From contig JBIJBE010000033.1 in the NCBI GenBank assembly GCA_044345405.1, forward strand, positions 1 through 40,888: 40,888 bases of DNA, read 5' to 3'. This document shows, piece by piece, positions 29,890 through 39,141 of the stretch (the first letter of the stretch is position 1; every line of letters starts with the position of its first letter). Position numbers and translations under genes: made by a program. Below the pieces are notes generated by a model. It saw only the letters and a list, made by a program, of their open reading frames with translations. It searched no databases and was not told where the DNA came from. Source of the stretch: Bdellovibrionota bacterium (GTDB lineage: Bacteria; Bdellovibrionota_C; UBA2361; OMII01).

Positions 29890-30432
29890 CTACCCAGCCG
29901 CCTCATCCGCAAGTCCCGGAAGATACCTTTCAGGGTCCTGGGCCTTACCGTCTTGGCGAATCTCGAAATGGAGGTGCGGGCCCGTAGAGACCCCTGAGCT
30001 TCCAACGGTGCCGATAATCTGACCAGCGGCGACCTTAGCGCCCGGTCCGACATCCATCGTATCGCAGTGCCCGTAATGACTTGTGAAACCGTTGTGGTGC
30101 TGAACTACGATGTACTTTCCGTATCCGCCGTGCGGATCCGCGTACATCACTTGCCCGTCGGCTATCGCTCGAATCGGCGCGCCAATGGGAGCGGCGAGGT
30201 CGATACCATCGTGGTGTCGTCGAACCTTTTTGACGGGATGTTTACGAATACCGAAGTCGCTCGACATGCGCGGCCCCATCACTGGATACACGAACGCCAT
30301 CCTTGAGGTTGCCAGTACGAGTGGTCCTGATGTCGTCGGCGCGGCGTGGGCGCAGATCGAGGAGAGTGTAATGCTGATGAGCGCGGCGACTCCAAGAGGT
30401 TTAGCAAACGTTGGGGACCGACGCGCACGCAT
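29890..30432 (-). CDS. M23 family metallopeptidase (signal peptide + catalytic domain)
   Basis: HHDGIDLAAP (HxxxD), YGKYIVVQH, YGH and STGPHLHFEIR (HxH) motifs. Confidence 0.95.
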   Translation of the reverse strand: MRARRSPTFAKPLGVAALISITLSSICAHAAPTTSGPLVLATSRMAFVYPVMGPRMSSDFGIRKHPVKKVRRHHDGIDLAAPIGAPIRAIADGQVMYADPHGGYGKYIVVQHHNGFTSHYGHCDTMDVGPGAKVAAGQIIGTVGSSGVSTGPHLHFEIRQDGKAQDPERYLPGLADEAAG

Positions 30433-30434
30433 GA

Positions 30435-31433
30435 CTAGCGCCCCGCGGTTAAGGATTGCACTCGTTTGAAGGCTTCATCCTCGAGGGAGCTGGAGTAGCC
30501 GCGCACGCGTACCGTAGTGGATACTGACTTAGCGCTCCCCTTTGACCCGAAGGTTACTAACTTGGACTGTACCCACGCTCGTTGCCCGTTCGGCGCGAAC
30601 ACTCGGAGCCACTCACCTTGTCGGGCTTCTACCGCAAGTCGTGAACCCTTGGCCACCGTCATGAGAGCGGAGTGATTCTTTCCTGGTCCAAGTCGAAGTT
30701 CCGCTTTTTCAACGTCAACGGTAGCTATGGTCAGGTCCGCCGAGCCGGATGGCGTTGGTTCGATGGCAGGAACCTCAAGACGGGCCTTCGCGACAACCGG
30801 AGCGGCGGCGTTTGAGGGAGCCGGTGCCGCTGGAAGGGATGCTCTGCCAAGACTTGCTCGGTTACGAGCCTCTGAGATTGTCGCAAGTCGAGAGAGTTCG
30901 GTTTCCGCCATGGTGAGCTGTCCCCGAACCTCCTCAAGCTTACGCTCGAGCTCAACGATGCGCCTGTGGCTCGCCTCAAGCTCTCGCTTTAACGCTGGGT
31001 TCTGATTTGGAACTGCTGGAGCTGGCGCGACCGGCAGCGACACAGTCTCTTGTTGAGCGGAGAGGGAGGCTTCCGCCACCTTCTTGGCGGCGCCACCTGG
31101 CGCGATAGGGCCCGACGCCTTATCGATCTGCACAGGAGCGTCCTCTCTCATCTGCTCTTGCTTAATAACCGGTGGTTGGTAGGTGGCAGGCTTCAATTCC
31201 GCTTGTGGTTGCGCGGCAGCGGCGTTCGGGAGTTCGGGTTCATCAAAAGCGCTCGGACCCTTCGATGAGAGCCCCTCAAGCAGCGCTCGTTCGGCTGCCA
31301 CGAGGGCCGCGTCCTCGGAGCCCTCATTCGATTGAGCGTGTGAAACTCCGGCGTGAAGGAGAGCTGTCGCGACAAGAGCTACGCAGCTCGTCACGAAAAC
31401 CTTTTGATTTTTGGATCCGTTCGTTCGAAGCAT
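30435..31433 (-). CDS. Exported coiled-coil protein with a C-terminal bacterial SH3 domain
   Basis: Signal peptide ending SHA|Q, a central coiled coil, and the SH3b pattern AELRLGPG...GEWLRV...GQRAWV. Confidence 0.85.
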   Translation of the reverse strand: MLRTNGSKNQKVFVTSCVALVATALLHAGVSHAQSNEGSEDAALVAAERALLEGLSSKGPSAFDEPELPNAAAAQPQAELKPATYQPPVIKQEQMREDAPVQIDKASGPIAPGGAAKKVAEASLSAQQETVSLPVAPAPAVPNQNPALKRELEASHRRIVELERKLEEVRGQLTMAETELSRLATISEARNRASLGRASLPAAPAPSNAAAPVVAKARLEVPAIEPTPSGSADLTIATVDVEKAELRLGPGKNHSALMTVAKGSRLAVEARQGEWLRVFAPNGQRAWVQSKLVTFGSKGSAKSVSTTVRVRGYSSSLEDEAFKRVQSLTAGR

Positions 31434-31564
31434 AGAGGAAAACCACTTAACCGAGAGGCCCCTGAATGGCCTACTTCCGTTATGCTCACCTATCCGGTGA
31501 TGTGACCTGTTCGCTTCAGATTTTCTTCGAATGACGTTAGGGGTTTTTCGTACGGGACACGACC

Positions 31565-31960
31565 CTATTCAAGCCCGAGCGACCGCTTGATATCATTGAG
31601 CTTTTCGGGCTGAGGTCCATCTCCACCACCGTCGCGCGGAACCTCTTGATTGGCCGGCTCTGAATCCTCGCCCTGAAGGAGGCGCTCCACGGTGACATCC
31701 CCGGCGGCCGGTGCGTCTACACGGCTCTTGGGCCGACGACGAGAGGCGAGGTAGGAGTCGACATCGTCGGCGGCGATCGTGGTCTTCGGAGAGGCCTGTC
31801 CGTAGCCGCGGGCCTCGGAGCCCTTGCCACCATCCCCTGTCGTATGGGCTGAGCCTGCTAAACGTAGTACGGCCACCAAGACAGCGAGCGCGAAGATACC
31901 TACGATCTGCACCTTGCTGCGGAGTGGGGCTACGAAGTTAGCGCCGCTAATGAGGCTCAT
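31565..31960 (-). CDS. Hypothetical single-pass membrane protein in the T4SS cluster
   Basis: N-terminal TM segment, low-complexity middle, C-terminal LNDIKRSLGL. Starts 11 nt after the upstream stop. Confidence 0.7.
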   Translation of the reverse strand: MSLISGANFVAPLRSKVQIVGIFALAVLVAVLRLAGSAHTTGDGGKGSEARGYGQASPKTTIAADDVDSYLASRRRPKSRVDAPAAGDVTVERLLQGEDSEPANQEVPRDGGGDGPQPEKLNDIKRSLGLE

Positions 31961-31971
31961 GAAGGGACCTG

Positions 31972-32256
31972 TTATCGAGACGGTTTACGGTAATACTGCC
32001 ATCGTCCTTGGCGGATCTCAACCACCTCTGAGTGTGCTGGTCGATAGTAGATACCCTCGGGGTCAAGACCGGGGGGAACCTCCACCATATCAACCATCGG
32101 TTCCTCCCACGCGGATTCTACCACGCCGGGAACGTTGCGCACTTGGTACTCGATAACAGATGGCGGCGGGGGCGGCGGCTTCGAGCACGCGGTAACCCCT
32201 GCTGCGACGAGAAGAGCGGCGCTCATTCGAAGAGCTGTTGCCGTAATCGTTTTCAT
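31972..32256 (-). CDS. Small lipoprotein, second TraV-like paralogue
   Basis: Lipobox VTAC and a poly-Pro linker. EPMVDMVEVPPGLDPEGIYYRPAHSEVVEIRQGRW aligns with the TraV core of 35516-35974. GGAGGA RBS. Confidence 0.7.
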   Translation of the reverse strand: MKTITATALRMSAALLVAAGVTACSKPPPPPPSVIEYQVRNVPGVVESAWEEPMVDMVEVPPGLDPEGIYYRPAHSEVVEIRQGRWQYYRKPSR

Positions 32257-32268
32257 ATCTCATTCCTC

Positions 32269-35010
32269 CTACATTCCTGAATCTTTGAATCCAACATCCA
32301 TCATAGCGCTCACCGCGCCGGTTACACTGCCACCCTCCATCTCATCGGTTTGGAAGTTACCCATGAGACGTTGCTGAAGATCCTTCGCTCCGTATGGCGC
32401 TACGTTCACAACCTCCTCAAGCGCCCGGCTGAACTCACCGCCGTGGCGAGTAAGCACGTCTTGGAAGAGTTGATTATCGTCACCGTTGTTCGTGCTGACC
32501 CAGTAGAAGGCCGGCTCAACCGGCAACACGAGCGCTCCCTCGCCGATATCGGAGAGGAGATAGAACTGCGACTCCACACCCTTCACCGTTCGCAATCGCA
32601 TGATAACATCCGACTGCTGCGGGGTGAGGTTGAACGCTTCCGCGGTAAGATGGAACTTGTTTGGATCCTGGCGGAGGAAGATCTTGTGCGCGCTGTTCTG
32701 AACGATCGCCTGACCGCCGGAACCAACGTAGAAATCCTCTCCGGACTGCGACGCGGCGATAACGATACCTTTTCGCTTACGGTAGAGCCGGAACGCGGTC
32801 TCGATCGTATTTGAGGCCGTCTTGCCGATAAGCTCGTGGGCCTCGTCGAAGACGAGAACCTTCCGAGTATCAAGCTCAGAGGGATCGTTCATAACGGTGT
32901 CCGCCCATACCATCGCGATCTTAAGGAATACGCGTTGGAGGTCCGGGTTACGCGAGAGCGCCTTCAGGTCGAATACGATAAACCGCTCCTTCAACTTGAG
33001 AGATCCAGGGCGATCGAAGAATCGAGCGTAGGTTCCCTCACCGTAGTAATCAGCGATAAGAAGGCTGATACGCTGACGGCGACGAGCGGAATCCTCAGTC
33101 TCATCCACACGACGTGGCGCACGCAGGACGGAGACCACATCGCTCAAGATAAACTCACGCCGCATCGGTCCGCTTCGGTAGATGCGGTGCGCCTCCACGA
33201 GGGACTCGACAACACTTCCGCGCTCTAGTCGGTCCGGCTGGTGCTGCCCATCGGCGGACATGTCGCAGATAACATCGGCGCACATGTCGATGAGGTCTTT
33301 GTAATCGTCGCTCTGTCGTTCAGCGGCAAGCGCGCCCAAGCGAGCGAGGAAGTTCATCGCGGGGGCTCGGGATGGGGTGGCCTCGTAGACCTTACCACCG
33401 AAGAGCTTCGCGACCTTCTCGAATCCGCACGGTTGGCCGGTCATGCCCTTATCGAAGATGAAGGTGATCGGCTGACGCTCAACTACTCGACCATCTGATA
33501 GGGTAGAGTAGTGACCACGATTCAGCATCGTGATGAGGTAACACATCAGGTAACTCTTACCGGCTCCGGACACTCCGCTGATGAGGACGTTCGGCGCGAT
33601 ATTAGAGTCGTAGAAATCGAAACCGACAAGCTCTCGGTTCCAGAGCGACGGGAGGAGGAATTGAGCCCCCGAACTTCCACGCCAGTTGCCCCAGAGAGGA
33701 AAGAGTCGTGTCGCTCGCGATGATTGCATCACGGTGGTCCATCCCGCCCCATCGGTCGCTGGATCATAGGCGCCAGGAAGGGAGTTAATCATGACCGCCA
33801 TATCCGAGATCTCGTGCACCATTCCACGCGCGCCGTTGAGCTGTGGAAAGGTAGCCACGGCCTCGGAGGTCGCTCGTATCGCCTCGTCCTCGGTTTGACA
33901 GATAAAGGTCTGATGCACACCGACCCGAACGATCTGCTCGCGAGAGTTGTAGAGCTCCTGTCGAGCGTTTCGAATAGCGGAGATCTGATGGATAACTTTT
34001 TGGTTCGAGCGTCCACCTGGTGCGCGCTCACGCATACCGAGCAAGGAATCGAGCTTGTCGAGGCGCTCCAACTGCTTCTCTTTTGGGTCCTTCGAGAAGG
34101 TCACGCTGAGAATATTCTCATACGGCGTCGACTGAAGGGGCGCGATCATGAGTGGCATACAGCTCTTCGGCGGCTTCACCATCGAAACGGAGCGATAGAC
34201 GCGACCATCCTTCTTGATGATTCCATCGGTCGGATGCTCCACGTGTGTTTCAGAGATCTGATTCGCCAAAAGATCGTCCCCATCGTATTCCGGCACGGGA
34301 ATCGAAGTGGTGCGCCCACGACGGTGCTTGCCTGGCTTAACGCTTCTTCGGTTGAGAAGCGGATAGAGGAGGTTGATGAGGCGTTGCCCATCGACCTTTT
34401 TCGGATAGAAGCCGAGATCGGCGAGCTTCGCCGCGGTTCCATCCATGATACCCTTGAATCGATTCGCGTAGGTGAGGTACTCAGCGTGACGCTGGTCAGC
34501 GCTCAGCCCTACCGCGCCATACATGAACATCTTCATCGCGCGCGCCATCTGAGCCGCTAATCCCTTACCCTCCCATGGAGGATCGAAGCGGAAGCAGGCG
34601 AACAGGCGGAGTCTACGAGGACGTCGATGAAGTGAACGAGCTTGCGATGCCATGCGGATAGAGCGAACCCAGCGCTTGGTCATCCAGCCAGCCGCGCCAC
34701 TCAACGGATACGAATAGAGGCTGCTTCGGAGGAGATCCTCGACGTCGAAGGTGGTAATCCAGCAGAATTGAGCGGAGATGGTGTGCTCGAAGGAATCGAG
34801 CATCTCCTGAACACGTTCGGTTAACTGAAAAGCCTCCGCGTCAGACACGGTGGTAATCCACTTCGGCTGCAATTCCCAAATGGACCACAATGAGGCGTCG
34901 GTGTGGATGAATATCTCGTTCTCTTCGTCGAATCTCGCGAAGGGAAGTAGCTTGTTAAAAAGCTCTTCATCCTGAAACAACCTATTTCGCGTTAACCTGT
35001 TTATGCTCAT
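32269..35010 (-). CDS. traC: TraC/VirB4-family T4SS ATPase
   Basis: 913 aa. Walker A GVSGAGKS, FDKG, GTYARFFD, Walker B LVFDEAH, YRKRKG...ASQ and IVQNS. Confidence 0.92.
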   Translation of the reverse strand: MSINRLTRNRLFQDEELFNKLLPFARFDEENEIFIHTDASLWSIWELQPKWITTVSDAEAFQLTERVQEMLDSFEHTISAQFCWITTFDVEDLLRSSLYSYPLSGAAGWMTKRWVRSIRMASQARSLHRRPRRLRLFACFRFDPPWEGKGLAAQMARAMKMFMYGAVGLSADQRHAEYLTYANRFKGIMDGTAAKLADLGFYPKKVDGQRLINLLYPLLNRRSVKPGKHRRGRTTSIPVPEYDGDDLLANQISETHVEHPTDGIIKKDGRVYRSVSMVKPPKSCMPLMIAPLQSTPYENILSVTFSKDPKEKQLERLDKLDSLLGMRERAPGGRSNQKVIHQISAIRNARQELYNSREQIVRVGVHQTFICQTEDEAIRATSEAVATFPQLNGARGMVHEISDMAVMINSLPGAYDPATDGAGWTTVMQSSRATRLFPLWGNWRGSSGAQFLLPSLWNRELVGFDFYDSNIAPNVLISGVSGAGKSYLMCYLITMLNRGHYSTLSDGRVVERQPITFIFDKGMTGQPCGFEKVAKLFGGKVYEATPSRAPAMNFLARLGALAAERQSDDYKDLIDMCADVICDMSADGQHQPDRLERGSVVESLVEAHRIYRSGPMRREFILSDVVSVLRAPRRVDETEDSARRRQRISLLIADYYGEGTYARFFDRPGSLKLKERFIVFDLKALSRNPDLQRVFLKIAMVWADTVMNDPSELDTRKVLVFDEAHELIGKTASNTIETAFRLYRKRKGIVIAASQSGEDFYVGSGGQAIVQNSAHKIFLRQDPNKFHLTAEAFNLTPQQSDVIMRLRTVKGVESQFYLLSDIGEGALVLPVEPAFYWVSTNNGDDNQLFQDVLTRHGGEFSRALEEVVNVAPYGAKDLQQRLMGNFQTDEMEGGSVTGAVSAMMDVGFKDSGM

Positions 35011-35015
35011 GGAAC

Positions 35016-35519
35016 CTACTCACTAAATAAGGTCGGCTCTAATGCGGTTCGCACAAGAAACCGGACCTCTTTGTTTTCGTGGTCGACTACAACCTTAATC
35101 TGCGCCTTCTCTTCTATAATCCGCGCGAGCTCGTCGATTGTTCCAAGGTTTTTCAAAGAAAACTTCTCTTTTGCTAGCGAAGGGCTCGTATACGAGGAAT
35201 ACCGAGCCATAGATGCGAGCACCTTACAGGTCTGCTCAAGGGTTCCGTTTGATATCGAAAGCTCATACACCGGGCGAAGGGGAGGGGTCTCATACGAGGA
35301 ATCCGTATCCCCACCCTCTCGGGATGGAAGCACTTCGGGAGGATGCACCCAGCGGGTTCGAGCATACACCGGCTCGGGTCCCGCCACCCGATAGGATGGC
35401 ATGAAGAGCGTGCGCCCTTTCTTAGCTGTCGGCTCGTACGGCTTCACATCACTGGTGGAGCATCCAACGGACACTCCGCAAACGAGGAGCCCAACGATAA
35501 TCTTTGAGACCTTGATCAC
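35016..35519 (-). CDS. Lipoprotein with a probable secretin-N0/STN (DotD-like) domain
   Basis: Lipobox SVGC. The C-terminal pattern LSISNGTLEQTCKVLA...GTIDELARII...VVVDHENKEVR is N0-like. Overlaps traV by 4 nt. Confidence 0.55.
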   Translation of the reverse strand: MIKVSKIIVGLLVCGVSVGCSTSDVKPYEPTAKKGRTLFMPSYRVAGPEPVYARTRWVHPPEVLPSREGGDTDSSYETPPLRPVYELSISNGTLEQTCKVLASMARYSSYTSPSLAKEKFSLKNLGTIDELARIIEEKAQIKVVVDHENKEVRFLVRTALEPTLFSE

Positions 35520-35974
35520 CGTATATCCTCCGGATTCACGAATCCAACGGCCGAAGCGTTTCCACCAGAGGAACTTCCGAGTTGCGCCTCAAGCTCAAAA
35601 GCGTCCTGAAGAGCCCATGAGTCCTTCTTCACCTTGAGGTAGTAGTAGTGCGCCGGAACGAGATCTCCGTGGGCATTGAGGTGGTCAGGAACCCACATAA
35701 GGCGAACCACCGCGGGTTGCATTACTGGATTCTGTGGCTGAGCTGGCATCGAGCGTTGATACGTTCCCATCGCCTCTAGCGCGGCGCGAGCCTTATCACC
35801 CTTACCTCCGCTGCTCCCATCATTAAGGGCGGCGTCGTTCTTCTCTCCGAAATACGCCACCTCGGAGGGAGTCTCGTAGAAAGGGTTCAAAACGTGCGTC
35901 ATACCTGAGCATCCTGTCAGGAGCGCCCCGAGTACCGGAATTATCGCGAGTCGTACAGCTTTCATAACACTCAC
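35516..35974 (-). CDS. traV: TraV-like outer membrane lipoprotein
   Basis: Lipobox LTGC and TraV-type core PAVVRLMWVPDHLNAHGDLVPAHYYYLKV...W; follows traB. Confidence 0.8.
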   Translation of the reverse strand: MSVMKAVRLAIIPVLGALLTGCSGMTHVLNPFYETPSEVAYFGEKNDAALNDGSSGGKGDKARAALEAMGTYQRSMPAQPQNPVMQPAVVRLMWVPDHLNAHGDLVPAHYYYLKVKKDSWALQDAFELEAQLGSSSGGNASAVGFVNPEDIR

Positions 35975-35984
35975 CTGGTCACCG

Positions 35985-37151
35985 TTAATCTAAAGAGGTA
36001 AACACAACCGCCGGATCCTCGTCATCCAATTGCTCAAGGAGCTCTGGAATCGCCAAGGACTGCGAGAACACCGCCGTCGCTTCACGCCCTGAGAGCACCT
36101 GCACCACAGGAACGAGTTGCGAGAGACGGTCACGGATAATTTGCTGCCATTCAGTTGCCGCTGACGAGAGCGCCACACCACCAGCGTAAGCCGGGATATC
36201 GTTTGAGTTAACGCTGCTCTGAGTATTGCCGTTGGCGTACACCCGATTTTGGACGTTAGCGGCGGCGATACCTTGACCGAGGCCCGCGAGACCTCCGGCC
36301 ATACCCGCGCCAACGATCGCTTTACCGATCGGATCTATCAGCACACCTTCCATTCCTCGGATACCGTCCTCGCCCACAATCCAGCCATCGATCGGAAACT
36401 CCTTTCGCTTGCCGTTCGGGAGCCGTAAAGAGAGTCGGGTGAGGCGGAAAAGTACGCGAGCGTCAGTGAGAGACCCTTGGGCGGCCGCGATGATACGGGC
36501 TTCTCCGAGGGGCACGCTGTTTCCATCTGGTCCCATAACATCGCCCACGAGCTTGAGTACCACGGGGTAGGGCGTTCCATCCGTAGGTGCGTTTACACCC
36601 GCGAGGAGCTTAATCCGAACGGAATCTCCCGGCATGAGAGCCGCGAGTTTTGGTTTGACCGGCAGGGCTGGCGGAGCGGCAGCGACATCTGGAGCTCCAA
36701 GTCCCTCAAGTTCATCCGGTTGCGCACCGACGAGGTCTGGAGCCGTCAGCTCACCGATGCTTTGAGGGTTTCCCGCTGGTGCCGGTTGCGCTCCCGCGTT
36801 GTTCTGCACCTCAGCGAGGCGCTCAAGGATCTTTTTGAAGATCTCAGCCGTGGTTGCCTCGTACTCCTGCATCGCCTTCTTCTGACTATCAAGGTCCTCT
36901 CGAAGGGAGGCGCTCTGGGTGGTTAACTGATTGAGCTGTCCGTTGAAGCGCTCGATAAGGTCGGTCCAACGCTCGTTCGGATCGTTGTGCGACGCGACGG
37001 GTTCAGCCTTCGGCTTCGGCTTCATCCCACGGCGGGGCGTCTGTGGCGCGAGCGCGAGGTACATGACGCTCAGGACGACGACACCAGCGATGAGCTGCGT
37101 CTTTCGGTCGCTCTTCAATCTAAGTGGTAGGTCTCGAAGGAACTGTTTCAT
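35985..37151 (-). CDS. traB: TraB/VirB10-like core complex protein
   Basis: TM segment, coiled coil and Pro-rich linker, then LLAGVNAP, AQGSLTDARV, IDGWIVGEDGIRGMEG, a Gly/Ala-rich antenna and PVVQV. Confidence 0.88.
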   Translation of the reverse strand: MKQFLRDLPLRLKSDRKTQLIAGVVVLSVMYLALAPQTPRRGMKPKPKAEPVASHNDPNERWTDLIERFNGQLNQLTTQSASLREDLDSQKKAMQEYEATTAEIFKKILERLAEVQNNAGAQPAPAGNPQSIGELTAPDLVGAQPDELEGLGAPDVAAAPPALPVKPKLAALMPGDSVRIKLLAGVNAPTDGTPYPVVLKLVGDVMGPDGNSVPLGEARIIAAAQGSLTDARVLFRLTRLSLRLPNGKRKEFPIDGWIVGEDGIRGMEGVLIDPIGKAIVGAGMAGGLAGLGQGIAAANVQNRVYANGNTQSSVNSNDIPAYAGGVALSSAATEWQQIIRDRLSQLVPVVQVLSGREATAVFSQSLAIPELLEQLDDEDPAVVFTSLD

Positions 37152-37168
37152 ATCTTTTTCCCTTCCTC

Positions 37169-37984
37169 TTAGCGCGCGCGTGTTACGATATAGATCTTAG
37201 CGTTGTGCTTCGCGGAGATCTGTTCCTCAACGTTCAGCGGACGGGCCGCTAACTCCCAGCTCGACGCTGAGATTGCTCGAGTTCCATCGATCCGGAAGGT
37301 CGCCGCGTTCAACTTCTGAGACTGATCGAGGAGGTTGGTCGTATCGAGTACGTACCCCCACAGATTCGGCCCTACGAAGATCTTGTCGATCTTGGCGAGG
37401 ATCGCTCCATCGCTCACAACGGTTTGTCCTTTGTGGCGCTCACTAATCGTGTACCCCGCAATTCCGCCCTTACCGAACTCGGCCACGAGAACCATTTCAC
37501 GCATTAATCCAGATACCTTGCTCGCTGGCGCGTACTCGTACGAACGCTCCTTGTACGGGGCGGCAGCTTCCTCATCAGCGCCAACGACGCTCTTTCCGTC
37601 GGATACCATCACCTGCGCGTCGCGTGGATTGTCGGAGTTCGCGCGACGAATACGGAGCGGGTATGAACGACCGTCATCAAGGCGAACCAAGATCGCCTCT
37701 CCGTTCTCGTTCATACTCTCTTTACCGAACACCACGAGGGATGAGTCCTTCTTATCGAGGGCGATACCCGCGTTGGAGTTCTTGAATCCGTCCTTGATCT
37801 TTCCACCTTCAAATATGATCTCGGTCGGCTCGCCTACGTTGACGAACACCTCAACCTCACCCTGTCCCGTTGTGTATTCCACATCGCGAGCGAAGGCGCC
37901 GGTCACACTTGAGAGAGCCACCACAAGCGCGAGGGTCACTCGCGTCGTTACGTTATGAATGCGTACTGCCTGCTTCATCGTCAT
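37169..37984 (-). CDS. traK: TraK/VirB9-like periplasmic core protein
   Basis: Signal peptide AFA|R and two beta-rich domains joined by a helix (KVSGLMREM). Sits between traE and traB. Confidence 0.75.
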   Translation of the reverse strand: MTMKQAVRIHNVTTRVTLALVVALSSVTGAFARDVEYTTGQGEVEVFVNVGEPTEIIFEGGKIKDGFKNSNAGIALDKKDSSLVVFGKESMNENGEAILVRLDDGRSYPLRIRRANSDNPRDAQVMVSDGKSVVGADEEAAAPYKERSYEYAPASKVSGLMREMVLVAEFGKGGIAGYTISERHKGQTVVSDGAILAKIDKIFVGPNLWGYVLDTTNLLDQSQKLNAATFRIDGTRAISASSWELAARPLNVEEQISAKHNAKIYIVTRAR

Positions 37985-37989
37985 ACTCC

Positions 37990-38685
37990 TTATGAATTCA
38001 CTCCAGCGTTAGGGGCCTCACCCTCGATGTTTGCTTTGAACGACACGCCCGTGATCACGATCCCGTAGGGATTCAGTGGATTGCGAGGTATCGTAGACAT
38101 CGTAATCGTAAATCTGCTCGTCACGGTCGGAAGCGAGCTACCAGCGATAACCTTCCAACGCTCACCCACGAGCGATACCGTGACCTCATTTCCATTTCTC
38201 GCCACCTTCGTACGAAGTGGATCAGTAAAGAATACCTGGGTACGGCCCGTACTTTCAATCGCGCCAAGCTCGGCGCCCATCATCTCTTCTTTGAATTTCG
38301 AATAAACCGGCTCTTTTAACATCGAGGCGGCCACGTTGAATTGGTTGCGAGCGGTGCCAGGTTGGTAGGTGGCTACGAGATTCACGTAGGTATTGGCGGC
38401 GTTGATGAACTCAGTATCGGGGATGTCCTGCGCGACATGCACACCGGGCTCCGGCTTCGATGGAACGGTAAGATTAATTACTCGGGTTGACCACATCACG
38501 AGCGCGAAGATCAGCGCGGCGGCGGTCATTGGGAACTGAATGAGCGATAATGATCGCCAGAGGAGCGCCTGATCCTTGTAGTTCTCCCACAAACGGATCG
38601 TATCGCTCTCGGAACGGGTAGCGTTAAGCCGCGTGTCAGCGACAACCTCTCGGACATTCGGAGTAGCCATTCGTCCCTTTTTCAT
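37990..38685 (-). CDS. traE: TraE/VirB8-like inner membrane protein
   Basis: Single TM segment plus periplasmic domain ending in a VirB8/TrbF-like NPLNPYGIVIT. Sits between traL and traK. Confidence 0.72.
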   Translation of the reverse strand: MKKGRMATPNVREVVADTRLNATRSESDTIRLWENYKDQALLWRSLSLIQFPMTAAALIFALVMWSTRVINLTVPSKPEPGVHVAQDIPDTEFINAANTYVNLVATYQPGTARNQFNVAASMLKEPVYSKFKEEMMGAELGAIESTGRTQVFFTDPLRTKVARNGNEVTVSLVGERWKVIAGSSLPTVTSRFTITMSTIPRNPLNPYGIVITGVSFKANIEGEAPNAGVNS

Positions 38686-38704
38686 ACAAACCTCTTAGTT
38701 CACC

Positions 38705-39109
38705 TTACGTTCGACCCGGACGACGAGCGTCCTGGCTCGGCCTATTTCTTAACTCTTCAAGGCCTAGTTGCGAATAAAGGCACTCTTCCTTAACTGCCTT
38801 AATCGGAGCTCCACTCCACAGGGGTTGGAGCTTCGACGGCGCTGGAATTCCCTGGGGCTGAAATCCACAGGACACCATCACCAAATTTCGAACTCCTCGC
38901 TCCTCATCCGGAAACTTCTTTCGAAGGAACGCGAGTCCTAACGTAGTGCCGATCCAGATCATCACTAATATCGGCATCCACGTCGCGGGCTTATCAACCA
39001 TGTTCGCGGCGAGGAAGGACGTCATGAAACCGGCCATCCACTCGAAGGGTTTCGCCCCCGCGAAGGTCCAATCCTCATTCAATCCTGGTATGACGTCGCC
39101 ACTATCCAT
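38705..39109 (-). CDS. traL: TraL/VirB3-like inner membrane protein
   Basis: Small two-TM protein starting IPGLNEDWTFAGAKPFEW. GAGGT RBS; first gene of the L-E-K-B order. Confidence 0.65.
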   Translation of the reverse strand: MDSGDVIPGLNEDWTFAGAKPFEWMAGFMTSFLAANMVDKPATWMPILVMIWIGTTLGLAFLRKKFPDEERGVRNLVMVSCGFQPQGIPAPSKLQPLWSGAPIKAVKEECLYSQLGLEELRNRPSQDARRPGRT

Positions 39110-39141
39110 GATTATCTACCTCGACCTGTAATCATCAGTTC

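Noticed and set aside
29635-30053. Short minus-strand ORFs (67 and 65 aa) between M23 and the pilin
   Set aside because: Weak starts, no RBS, and they overlap M23 or the repeat/promoter region.
32350-34824. Series of + strand ORFs (up to 278 aa) opposite traC
   Set aside because: Antisense shadows of traC with no recognisable features.
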